From IMG/VR virus record IMGVR_UViG_3300045988_021367, positions 1 to 29,240 of that record: a stretch of 29,240 nucleotides of DNA; one strand, written 5' to 3'. Positions 15,533 to 23,825 of this stretch are shown piece after piece. The notes under the pieces are model-generated. The model searched no databases, was not told where the DNA came from, and was given only the letters and a program-made list of their open reading frames with translations. Numbering within the stretch: position 1 is the stretch's first letter; each line of letters begins with the position of its first letter. Origin of the DNA: a virus. The position numbers were made by a program, and so were the translations under genes.

Positions 15533-15861
15533 TACAATCTGAACCTCCCTATCTTCTTATCGCCCTCAGGTTCTCTTGATTTTCGCCACGATTCAATTTC
15601 ATCGGCATACTCATCAAAATCAGATTCTGAAAATGTCATGCTTAATCCTTCTTGTGAGTAGGACTGCATGCCTTCTTGACCGATACGATTAAAACGCTTC
15701 AAAGAAACATCCAAAACAACATATTCTAGTTCTGGCGGTACCTCTTTAAGGTCAGAACCAAGAATAAGCAATAGACGTTCACGAGTGCGTTTTTCAATTA
15801 TTTCCAAGCGCTCATCCGATGAACCGCCTAAAAGCTTTTTTATTTCATAAGTGATAGCCAT
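15529..15861 (-). CDS. Head-tail connector (gp6-like, Phage_connect_1 pattern)
   Basis: Start chosen at ATG 15859-15861 (AAGGAG 6 nt upstream). Translation MAITYEIKKLLGG... Confidence 0.75.
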   Translation of the reverse strand: MAITYEIKKLLGGSSDERLEIIEKRTRERLLLILGSDLKEVPPELEYVVLDVSLKRFNRIGQEGMQSYSQEGLSMTFSESDFDEYADEIESWRKSREPEGDKKIGRFRLY

Positions 15862-15874
15862 AAGCAACTCCTTT

Positions 15875-16995
15875 TTATACAGAAGTTACGGTAACATCGC
15901 ATGTAACAGTTAATCCGTTAGCTGTTGTTCCAGTAATTTTCGTTTTACCTTCAGCTTTACCAACTACATTCCCTTTTTTCGGTGTTACCGTAGCAATTGT
16001 AGGTTCACTTGAAACAAAGGTTACTGTTTTATCATCTGCATCTACTGGTAAGACAGTTGCTGTCAATGTTTCGTTTGCCCCAACTGCAAGCGATAATGTT
16101 GTTTTATTTAAAGTTACGCTCTTAGGGGCAATTACTTTGTTACTGTGGCTTTAAGAATTGCTTTTTTATTCTTCTCTGGCAAGTATTTACCATATTTTGC
16201 AGCGGCTTGAAGTGCTGTTCCTGCAAAGTCTTCTGAATCCATTGCACGAGTCACTTGAATTCCGATACCAGCTACACCAACATTATCGGCGACAAAGTAA
16301 GCTCCTTCTCCAGATTGAAATTTTTCATCAGGAAGTTCAGATAAAATGAATCCTTTAAATTTATAAAGTGTTTCATCATCAATGTTTGCACTTGAGTTTT
16401 TGGCAGTTGTTGCGAGTTTAGAGTCAATAAGCAAGTCATAGACATCAGCATTAACATAAGCAACCCAAGGCACTGCTGTAGAAACGTTGTTATTTACAAA
16501 TTTCTTATGAGCTTCTGAGAACAATTTAGTCACGGAAGCTTCATCAAGTTTTGAATTCAACGTTTCGCTGGCACTATCTGATAAGAATTTACCAAGCAAT
16601 TTATCGACGTGTTGGGCCCATGCCACACCATGAAGTGCTAAACGTTCTGCTACAACTTGGTCTTTGATATCGTTGACTGTGAAATCATCAATTCCTTCAT
16701 TAATTGCCAAAGGAGCATCGTATTTCACTTGTTTGTTGACTGACTTAACTTCTTTACGTTGACCAAAGCGTGAAGTATTACCTGTTCCAGTTCCAAAACC
16801 AACATTTGCGTCAGTTGAATAATTTTGGATAACTACATCAGTGTCACTTACTTTGAGTTCCATAAAAGTATCATTTTCAGTGATACCATCTTTTACTTGA
16901 AGAACTCCACCAAAAGCGCGCAAGAAAGCTGATTTTTTTGCGAAAAGGTCTGGTAACATACCAGCGTATTGTTTTGTGAAATATTTAATTGTCAT
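15875..16995 (-). CDS. Major capsid protein long form with C-terminal Big_2 (Ig-like) domain, proposed -1 frameshift at A AAG just before the stop (16135-16138)
   Basis: The Big_2 reading frame (VTLNKTTLSLAVGANETLTATVLPVDADDKTVTFVSSEPTIATVT...) is the -1 frame of the capsid gene. It is open only from 16 nt before the capsid stop, and has no SD or ATG of its own. Confidence 0.5.
16132..16995 (-). CDS. Major capsid protein (short form)
   Basis: 287-aa ORF directly after the scaffold gene, with CAGGAG SD. Confidence 0.85.
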   Translation of the reverse strand: MTIKYFTKQYAGMLPDLFAKKSAFLRAFGGVLQVKDGITENDTFMELKVSDTDVVIQNYSTDANVGFGTGTGNTSRFGQRKEVKSVNKQVKYDAPLAINEGIDDFTVNDIKDQVVAERLALHGVAWAQHVDKLLGKFLSDSASETLNSKLDEASVTKLFSEAHKKFVNNNVSTAVPWVAYVNADVYDLLIDSKLATTAKNSSANIDDETLYKFKGFILSELPDEKFQSGEGAYFVADNVGVAGIGIQVTRAMDSEDFAGTALQAAAKYGKYLPEKNKKAILKATVTK

Positions 16996-17010
16996 AATTT
17001 AGATCTCCTG

Positions 17011-17610
17011 TTATTGATATTTAGCTGCCGCTTGTTTGAAAACATCGACATCATTGTTACTTGGAACACGTTTAGGCGTTGTCCCTGTGTTTCGTGCTTT
17101 TTCCCATTGTGAGCGTTGATTATCAAGTAAATTGAGGAAAGTTTTTACATTGCTGTAAGTTTTTTCTTCATCGACATCAACTAACAATCCTAACTCCGCT
17201 GCACTCAAAACAATTCCACTCTCTTTCAATACTTCATCAGCTTGACTGGTGATATTTGAAATTTTAATTTGTGCTTTAAGGCTTGCGATCTCATCGTCTT
17301 TAGCTTTTTGAAGTTCAACAACTTTTTCTTCGTAAGATTTTTCTTTAACTGACTTTTTGCCACCTTTTTCAAGTTCTTCAATACGAGCCAGCGCTTGTTC
17401 TAGCTGTGTTTTTGTTTCATTTTTTTCAGCCTGCTCTTTTCCGATTCGTTTTTGAAGCTTTTCGACAATTTTGTCAATGTCAGTTGATTGTTTTTGTTGC
17501 TCTTCTTTGTTTGTTTCTGTTCCGGTTTCTGAACCAGCTTCAGACGTCTCATCGGCTGCTTTTTCTGCGGAAAGTTGCAAATTAAGGGGTGAAAGTTCTG
17601 TTTGTTCCAT
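17011..17610 (-). CDS. Scaffolding protein (DUF4355-like)
   Basis: 199-aa acidic, coiled-coil ORF upstream of the capsid gene, with GAGGAGGAGG SD. Confidence 0.8.
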   Translation of the reverse strand: MEQTELSPLNLQLSAEKAADETSEAGSETGTETNKEEQQKQSTDIDKIVEKLQKRIGKEQAEKNETKTQLEQALARIEELEKGGKKSVKEKSYEEKVVELQKAKDDEIASLKAQIKISNITSQADEVLKESGIVLSAAELGLLVDVDEEKTYSNVKTFLNLLDNQRSQWEKARNTGTTPKRVPSNNDVDVFKQAAAKYQ

Positions 17611-17726
17611 TTTTGGTTCCTCCTCCTCGCATTTTAAGACTTGGGAGTCTGATTTTCTCGGGTTTTATTTAGTGTCCACAACATTCGGAAACGGACATAA
17701 GAAAAGTGCCTGTCAGTGGCAAACGC

Positions 17727-18770
17727 TTAGTTGTTTTTTCTTTTATTGCGCAATTCTTCAATCGATTTGTCAGCTTCTGTCCTGTCATCAAAAGCTTGCT
17801 TGTATTCGTCTTGACTGATTACTTTTCTATCAAGTAAGTCATCCCAGAAAGCTTTATCATCAACATGCGGTGCTGTGCTACATCTACAGAACGGATGCAT
17901 GTTTGGTGCATTAACGCCAGGCAACATATCTTTAAGCTTGAATATTTTACCATTCAATGGCCCACAGATATGACAAGCTGAAGGTTCAGCAATATACTCA
18001 TACTCTTCAATACTAGCTTTTTTATAGCTTTCTTCTTGAATAGCTGTTTGAACTCGTGTTGTTTCTGTTACTAGTAATCGTTGTACGTTGTATGTGGCAT
18101 TCATCTTTCCTTGTTCAGTCATCAGCCTTTTTAGTTGTGGGGCTAGTGCTTTCGGGTTGATTCCACCAGTTACTGAACGAATGAGAAGTTTTTCAATATC
18201 AGCTTTCAATTCAAATTGGTACTGCCAAAGCTTGTCAGAAAAACTGGCAAATCCTTCGACCTTATAACTTCCGTTAAGAACTGATTCAACTAGACTGTTA
18301 TAGCCTTTCTTTGGAACGCTTAAACCAAGAATTCCCGCTTGTCTTTCAAATTCTGTAAGAGCTGCATCAGTCAAAATCTTTGAGAAATATTTGTCCAAGT
18401 CATCAAATACTGAAATAAGCTCCAGACCAATATTTGCTTTCAGAAGTTCTAAACGATTCACTCTCATAGTCAAGTTATAAAGTTTCAACACTTGATTCGC
18501 TCGGTGCGAAAAGTCTTTCTCTTCTACGTATTTCTTAGCTTTACTAGCAAATGCCTTGACATCCATCTTATCCGCACGTTTCATGGCTTCACTAATAGAA
18601 ACCCCTTGACCATTCGCAAAGTTCTGCCAGTTGGCATTGATTTCTTTTTGAATAGCCTCTTGAGCTTCAAATAGCTTATCCCTGATTTGTTTCATGCGTT
18701 TAGTATCATCTTTGATTTGTTGCTCTTGCCAAGCTTTCTCACGTTCTCTCAAGTAATCAGATGGATTCAT
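17727..18770 (-). CDS. Minor head / head morphogenesis protein (SPP1 gp7 / Mu F-like)
   Basis: 347-aa ORF after the portal gene. C-terminal CHICGPLNGKIF...MHPFCRCS motif is typical of the family. Confidence 0.85.
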   Translation of the reverse strand: MNPSDYLREREKAWQEQQIKDDTKRMKQIRDKLFEAQEAIQKEINANWQNFANGQGVSISEAMKRADKMDVKAFASKAKKYVEEKDFSHRANQVLKLYNLTMRVNRLELLKANIGLELISVFDDLDKYFSKILTDAALTEFERQAGILGLSVPKKGYNSLVESVLNGSYKVEGFASFSDKLWQYQFELKADIEKLLIRSVTGGINPKALAPQLKRLMTEQGKMNATYNVQRLLVTETTRVQTAIQEESYKKASIEEYEYIAEPSACHICGPLNGKIFKLKDMLPGVNAPNMHPFCRCSTAPHVDDKAFWDDLLDRKVISQDEYKQAFDDRTEADKSIEELRNKRKNN

Positions 18771-18773
18771 AGG

Positions 18774-20114
18774 TTACCCCTCATTTGTTTCATTCTCACT
18801 AGGTTTCTTGTCCTTGTCAAAGATAGTTGTAGAAGCTTCTTCTTTTTTGATTTTTTCCATTTCAGCTTGAACATCTGGAATGATAGAAATGACACTCAAA
18901 GCAGTTTCTTCACTAGTAATCCCTTTTAGTATATTAGCAGTCTCGGCTTGCTCTTTAATATTTTTAGGCTCATTACGAGTGAATGTGTACTCAATATCTT
19001 TCCAAGCTTCTTTGTTCGAAACATTCGTACTTAACTCACAAAATAGTTTGTATCGACCATTCAAAGAAGATTGAAATTTACGTTGAAATGACAAAGCTAA
19101 GTTACTCATTGCTTGAAGTTTGTAAGCTAACGAGACACCACTTGATGACCCGAAAGATTCATCAGAAATATTTGCAACCATTGTTGTTTGGAAGATTAAT
19201 TTAGTTAGTCTGTCCAATAGATTTTCTGTTTGAGAATCACTATCAGGCTTTTCTAAGAATTTAACATCCACATTTTTCGCTTCGGAACCCTCGCCATAGT
19301 AATTAATAACACGGTTACTACGAATGTTTTTCAAGTCCTCTTCTTCAACTGCAGCGCCTAAAAATGCCAAGTACTGATCGCTGAAATAATCAACGTCATT
19401 TGCTTTTTCACTAATGGCTTTATTAAAAGCGTTGACTAATGAAATAACAGATTCAAAAATGCTCATTCGTTCTTCGTTGAAATAGAACTCTACAACGGGC
19501 AAATCATCAAAAGGATTCGGCGCTTGTTCAGTCATGTTGTAAAATCCCATGGTTCCATTTAAATCATAAGTTGTTTCTTTGGTATAAACTTCACCATACA
19601 ATTTACAGTCATCATCATAACCATAACGCACCGCAAACAATGGTTCTTGTTTAATCGTGTCATCATAAACCATAAACATATTTTCTGGACTATTAAAAAC
19701 AACATTCGTTCGAGTGTCTTCATCTTGATACAAAAGCTCAAACGCTCGACCATAAATGCAAGCCATCTTTGCAAGCTCCGACTCTTCATCTTCCATGTCA
19801 TTCAGATTATCAAATTCTTGTAGTTTAAAAAGTATCTCTTTATCCTTGTGAGTTTTTTTTACTGGAATTCCATTAAAGTAACCTGTGAAAGTATCAACGA
19901 TATATTTAGTGAAATTAACAGTTAAACGATTATCTGGTTTCCAAGGGTCTTTTGTTGGCTCATCATCAATCGACATGATCCCACGATACATATTTTTTAA
20001 GTACTCATACCGAGCAACTTCTAATTTATGTTTTTCCATGAACTTGGTAAGCACTTCAACTGTGATTGGTTCGTCTTTTGGAAATGTCATTAATTTAGGT
20101 GGTTTGTATTTCAA
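18774..20114 (-). CDS. Portal protein (SPP1 gp6-like)
   Basis: 446-aa ORF with a TTG start and AGGAGG 7 nt upstream. PDNRLTVNFTKYIVDTFTGYFNGIPV fits the portal pattern. Confidence 0.9.
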   Translation of the reverse strand: MKYKPPKLMTFPKDEPITVEVLTKFMEKHKLEVARYEYLKNMYRGIMSIDDEPTKDPWKPDNRLTVNFTKYIVDTFTGYFNGIPVKKTHKDKEILFKLQEFDNLNDMEDEESELAKMACIYGRAFELLYQDEDTRTNVVFNSPENMFMVYDDTIKQEPLFAVRYGYDDDCKLYGEVYTKETTYDLNGTMGFYNMTEQAPNPFDDLPVVEFYFNEERMSIFESVISLVNAFNKAISEKANDVDYFSDQYLAFLGAAVEEEDLKNIRSNRVINYYGEGSEAKNVDVKFLEKPDSDSQTENLLDRLTKLIFQTTMVANISDESFGSSSGVSLAYKLQAMSNLALSFQRKFQSSLNGRYKLFCELSTNVSNKEAWKDIEYTFTRNEPKNIKEQAETANILKGITSEETALSVISIIPDVQAEMEKIKKEEASTTIFDKDKKPSENETNEG

Positions 20115-21503
20115 TTAGAATCCTCCTTTGAAAGACTTTAGTTTTGCTTTGCGAGTTGTCATTGTCTCAGCAATCCCAGTTGTTGCATCGGGCGCATCAT
20201 CGTGTTTATTTTTACCTTCACGTTGATAAGTCGTCATTGCTTGATAGTATTCTGGAAAACGAGTTCGCCAGTCATTAGGAAATCGAACGTGCTGCTCTAT
20301 CCAATAACTATTGGAATAAATTCGGGCTTCTTTATTATTCCCTTGGAAGAAATCTTCTACAACACAAGCCACTTTGCCTTGAATCTTATCCCTGACAGAA
20401 CGAGCAAAAGACCGACCGCCATTATTTCGCTCGATTCTTGACACATTCACTCTGTTATTAATTAATTGATTGGCCACTGCGTTTTCTGTGTACTCCATCG
20501 GCTTTTGAGTGTAAATAATGTCTAGCACATCCGCAAAGCCGTCTGAGGTTTCACCCCACACAATCGAACAGAGATAGTCTTTCCCAGTATCTGCGGTATC
20601 GCAATAGTTCCAAATCTTTTTGTACTCCGAACGAGCATTGTAAGTCTTGAACTCACTATATAATCGACCTTTGACATCAATCGGCTCTTGTTGGTAGTTG
20701 GCGCTGGCAATATCAGCCCCCATTGTTTTTACTTTGCGCTTATAATCTTCAAGAGTCAGAACATCATCACAAAGCATTTCATTCGTTTGCTCGTTGAAAG
20801 CCTTGAAATTAATATGCTTTACTCGATAGCCATTTTTAGGCAATTCACGCAAAGCACGTCCGGCTAAATCTTCACTATGCCAACGAGTCATGTTAATTAT
20901 GATTTTACCGCTTGATTCCAAACGTGAAAGCATGGTATTAACAAACCAGTCCCAATGTTTTTCTAATATTGTCGCGTTGTTAGCTTCCTCAGCATTCTTG
21001 ATAACATCATCAATGATAATAATGTCAGCACCAAAACCTGTTGCAGTCCCTGTTGGAGAGGTTGCCAAATAGTTGTTATAACCGTCTGATAAGCTCCAGA
21101 GGTTTTTCGCAGCATCTCCGTCTTTAATCTTGGAATCAAAAATATCGGAGTAAACAATCTTATCCACATCCGCTTTATTTTGTTGAATAGTGTTACGAAC
21201 ATTTTTAGAGAAAACTGTTGATAGAATTTCGTTATATGAACCAGTCATGATTTTCTTCGTGTGGTCATTACCAAGCACCCACTCTACAAACTTACCGAGC
21301 GTGAGAGACTTTCCATGTCTCGGCGGAAGATTCAGAACTAAAACATCATGTTCATCATCATTTAGAAATGACTGAAACTCTTCACACATTGTCACCAGAT
21401 AAGCTCTATCTCGTTTAAAAAAGCTTGGCATGATGAGATTACAGTAATCAAAGAAAAAGCGCTTAGACAGCTCAATTTTTGCCCCTAGCGCTATTTTATC
21501 CAT
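20115..21503 (-). CDS. terL: Terminase large subunit
   Basis: Walker A-like PPRHGKS, Walker B-like IIIIDDV, and a C-terminal nuclease region. The start is either ATG 21501-21503 or the adjacent GTG 21504-21506. Confidence 0.9.
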   Translation of the reverse strand: MDKIALGAKIELSKRFFFDYCNLIMPSFFKRDRAYLVTMCEEFQSFLNDDEHDVLVLNLPPRHGKSLTLGKFVEWVLGNDHTKKIMTGSYNEILSTVFSKNVRNTIQQNKADVDKIVYSDIFDSKIKDGDAAKNLWSLSDGYNNYLATSPTGTATGFGADIIIIDDVIKNAEEANNATILEKHWDWFVNTMLSRLESSGKIIINMTRWHSEDLAGRALRELPKNGYRVKHINFKAFNEQTNEMLCDDVLTLEDYKRKVKTMGADIASANYQQEPIDVKGRLYSEFKTYNARSEYKKIWNYCDTADTGKDYLCSIVWGETSDGFADVLDIIYTQKPMEYTENAVANQLINNRVNVSRIERNNGGRSFARSVRDKIQGKVACVVEDFFQGNNKEARIYSNSYWIEQHVRFPNDWRTRFPEYYQAMTTYQREGKNKHDDAPDATTGIAETMTTRKAKLKSFKGGF

Positions 21504-21909
21504 CACGACTCGCCAACTTTCTAAGCTCTTCTTCTGTCAAGCCTTCATAAGGATTATTAATATTAAGATTACCATTAACAGTAGTTTCAGACTTCTCGAC
21601 TAATAAACCAGCCATTTGAAGTAAGATTTTACGGTCTTGAAATCCTTTCTCAGTCAAAGCATATCGATAGGAGGCATTAAGAACATCTGATACTTTCCCT
21701 TTGACTAATTCAAGTGTCGTTTCATTAACCAGCTTTACAAATCCTGGTTTTTTCATAGCTGCGTAATATGTGTTTTTGCTAATTTTAGCAACCGCACACA
21801 GATCCTCAACATTAATTCTCATATTATCCGGATTTACCAAGGCCTCAAGTAACCTTTTTTCAGCTTTTGTTGGTCTGTATTCGTTTGGTTTTGTAACAGT
21901 TTTAGACAT
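21496..21909 (-). CDS. terS: Terminase small subunit (HTH type)
   Basis: Start chosen at the internal ATG 21907-21909 (AGGAGG 8 nt upstream), giving MSKTVTKPNEYRPTKAEKRLLEALVNPDN...; HTH segment CAVAKISKNTYYAAMKK; directly upstream of terL. Confidence 0.75.
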   Translation of the reverse strand: MSKTVTKPNEYRPTKAEKRLLEALVNPDNMRINVEDLCAVAKISKNTYYAAMKKPGFVKLVNETTLELVKGKVSDVLNASYRYALTEKGFQDRKILLQMAGLLVEKSETTVNGNLNINNPYEGLTEEELRKLASRDG

Positions 21910-21910
21910 T

Positions 21911-22024
21911 CTAGATTTCCTCCTTTCCAACAACAAAAGGCTTGCCAAATGGCTCAGCTTGTGTTCCATTTCCTAGCTTGATATACTCGCTGACAAATAA
22001 TTTCTGTCGTTGATTTAGCCCAAT
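21911..22024 (-). pseudogene. Truncated N-terminus of a different (Terminase_2-type) small terminase subunit
   Basis: Frame after GAAGGAGGTG reads (ATT)IGLNQRQKLFVSEYIKLGNGTQA, then unrelated sequence EPFGKPFVVGKEEI and a stop. The L-x-x-R/K-Q-K-x-F-x-x-E-Y-x-x-x-G-N-x-T-x-A pattern is the hallmark TerS N-terminus. Confidence 0.4.
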
Positions 22025-22050
22025 ATGTCCACCTCCTTCATTACTTAATC

Positions 22051-22078
22051 AAAAAAAGACAACTCAAACGAGTCGTCT
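22051..22078 (-). terminator. Rho-independent terminator between the late activator gene and the packaging genes
   Basis: Minus strand reads AGACGACTC-gttt-GAGTTGTCT followed by TTTTTTT. Confidence 0.8.
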
Positions 22079-22143
22079 CCCTTTTTCTTCGATAATACTA
22101 TATTACCACGACTAAATTATTATGCCGTATTAATTGCTATAGA

Positions 22144-22542
22144 TTAATCTAGATGTTTCTCAGCTTGTCTTAGTTTAACGTAGTACGTAGCTCTACTAAT
22201 CCCTAACTTGTCACATATCTGCCAGATACCAAGTTGGTCAATGTACACCATTTGAAGCAAAGACCTAGCATCTATATCCTCAATATTTGCTATCTGTCTA
22301 CGAAACTCTAGCTTCTGTTTGATAGCTTCAGCTGTGAAGCGTTCTAATTCTTCCTTAGCCGTTATAAGTTCCACATAAATATCATCTTTGCCCTTACGCT
22401 TTCCACCCTGAACCATGTCAGTATGCATTGAACCAGATGTGACCTTAAGCGCTTGTGATTCCAGTCTCTTAATTTGCTCTATCTGACTGTCGATATATCT
22501 ATCAAGCGCCTTGATTTTTTGAAGCCGTTCAACTGTTCTCAT
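22144..22542 (-). CDS. Late-gene transcriptional activator (ArpU / DUF1492, sigma-70 region-4-like)
   Basis: 132-aa ORF. C-terminal LLQMVYIDQLGIWQICDKLGISRATYYVKLRQAEKHL is a region-4-type HTH. Positioned just upstream of terS. Confidence 0.75.
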   Translation of the reverse strand: MRTVERLQKIKALDRYIDSQIEQIKRLESQALKVTSGSMHTDMVQGGKRKGKDDIYVELITAKEELERFTAEAIKQKLEFRRQIANIEDIDARSLLQMVYIDQLGIWQICDKLGISRATYYVKLRQAEKHLD

Positions 22543-22556
22543 AAATTGTCTTCCTT

Positions 22557-22736
22557 TTATGGTATAATGATATTGTCAGATTGTTTAAATAGTTCTCGGC
22601 AAGCTTTGCCTTGGGCTTTTTTATTTACCACCCCCTTTATTTTAAATTCCAGTCTTGCTACCAGCAATGCAAGGCTGGACCAAAAAGTATGTATTGGTTT
22701 CCTCGTTTCTATAAAATATTTACTGGGTTTGTGCAT
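22557..22736 (-). CDS. Doubtful 59-aa basic ORF filling the 22543-22812 gap
   Basis: ATG 22734-22736 to TAA 22557-22559. Translation MHKPSKYFIETRKPIHTFWSSLALLVARLEFKIKGVVNKKAQGKACRELFKQSDNIIIP. No SD, one codon below the ORF-track cutoff. Confidence 0.2.
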   Translation of the reverse strand: MHKPSKYFIETRKPIHTFWSSLALLVARLEFKIKGVVNKKAQGKACRELFKQSDNIIIP

Positions 22737-22795
22737 CGGTCTGTCAGCGATACGAGTGTCAAAAAAGTTACCTAGTCACGACAGACTAACAACTC

Positions 22796-22816
22796 ATAGT
22801 GGATTCGAACCACTAT
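22796..22816 (-). other. tRNA T-arm-like hairpin overlapping the stop codon of the 235-aa gene
   Basis: Minus strand reads ATAGTGG-TTCGAAT-CCACTAT (contains GGTTCGAATCC). No acceptor, D or anticodon arms. Confidence 0.5.
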
Positions 22817-23520
22817 AAGCCCATAGAAATCGCTTTATATAGTGTGCGTTTAACACTTTCTTTATTAAGCCCTATATCACCTTTAGTGCGATATTCTAAA
22901 TAAATTCGATCAACTTCACTATCTAGGCTTTCCGGCCATTCATGCTTATTAAATACATATTTAGCTATTTTGCCAAATAGCTCTCTAGAAAGAAGCCCTT
23001 CTAGTTGTATCACTTTTCTAGGCGTTAAAATTCCAAGTTCTGTATATACTGTATTAATTGCTGTTATGATTGTTTGAGCTTGTCGTTTTGAACATCCTTT
23101 CACTTCCATAATATATTCTGCGTTACGGTTAGGATGTGCTGCTCTTAACTCTTGGATTTCCTTGCGAAATCGTTGAAAAAGTTCCTTAGTCAGCCCAGCG
23201 TTAGTTTTATTAGTATCTGGCTTACATGACCCACGTCTGTCAGAATAGTTCTCTAACAGATAGTTCTCTAAGTCGTTCACTAGACCGTTCGTAAGATACT
23301 CACGCATATCTTCCAGAGTTAAAGGTGAAAGCTTCGAGCGTTCCTTAACTACATTATCAAATCTTTGAAAATATTTTCTAGCCGCCGTTCTATTGCATTT
23401 CTTGGTTTCCATTATATATTTAGTGAGTGTCCTACGATGTTCTTCCCTCAATGCATCAAACTCTAGAGTTAGCCTTTGATGTAGTTCCTTAGTTAGTCCT
23501 GCATATTCAAAGCGTTTCAT
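22813..23520 (-). CDS. Hypothetical protein with an internal tandem duplication
   Basis: 235-aa ORF with GAAAGGAAGGGG SD. AGLTKELHQRL..LREEH....YIMETKKCNRTAA (aa 7-50) is repeated as AGLTKELFQRF..LRAAH....YIMEVKGCSKRQA (aa 108-150). Confidence 0.8.
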   Translation of the reverse strand: MKRFEYAGLTKELHQRLTLEFDALREEHRRTLTKYIMETKKCNRTAARKYFQRFDNVVKERSKLSPLTLEDMREYLTNGLVNDLENYLLENYSDRRGSCKPDTNKTNAGLTKELFQRFRKEIQELRAAHPNRNAEYIMEVKGCSKRQAQTIITAINTVYTELGILTPRKVIQLEGLLSRELFGKIAKYVFNKHEWPESLDSEVDRIYLEYRTKGDIGLNKESVKRTLYKAISMGL

Positions 23521-23825
23521 TGTCCCCTTCCTTTCAAATAATTCGGGATATCGTCCCCAACATTAACACTATTGTATTGTTCTTTGCTCACTAGAAACTT
23601 ACCATACGCCCCACAGTCAAGCGTATAGAGCTTCCCTATCATCTGCTTACCCGTGATTTTTCCGTGCATTACGTCGGTATTATCGGCCTTATACACGATA
23701 ATAGGTTTCACTGGTCTATTGACTACACTAATTAACGTTCCAATATTGATAATTAGTGAGGCCAGCAGTAAGGCAATGGCTACGTTTAGCTCTCTATAGG
23801 TCTTCTTCCTTAACGAATGTTCCAT
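23517..23825 (-). CDS. Small membrane protein (DUF1372-like)
   Basis: 102-aa ORF with one TM helix, VAIALLLASLIINIGTLISVV. Confidence 0.65.
   Translation of the reverse strand: MEHSLRKKTYRELNVAIALLLASLIINIGTLISVVNRPVKPIIVYKADNTDVMHGKITGKQMIGKLYTLDCGAYGKFLVSKEQYNSVNVGDDIPNYLKGRGQ

Noticed and set aside
17611-17726. 116-nt gap between the minor head protein and scaffold genes, as a possible ncRNA or promoter
   Set aside because: Only weak 4-5-bp hairpins and a poor promoter-like match (TTGCCA-17-TATGTC). No U-run terminator. Nothing rises above what is expected by chance.
21910-21969. Longer 157-aa version of terS starting MEHKLSHLASLLLLERRKSR
   Set aside because: No SD precedes that ATG, the extension is low-complexity, and the internal ATG at 21907-21909 has AGGAGG at ideal spacing. 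The upstream sequence is better explained in another frame as a TerS N-terminal remnant.
22740-22830. Possible tRNA gene on the minus strand, suggested by the perfect T-arm GGTTCGAATCC
   Set aside because: No complementary 5' acceptor strand (AACTCAT absent), and no D-arm or anticodon arm in the ~55 nt upstream. That upstream stretch is the coding 3' end of the 235-aa gene. Kept only as a T-arm-like hairpin.
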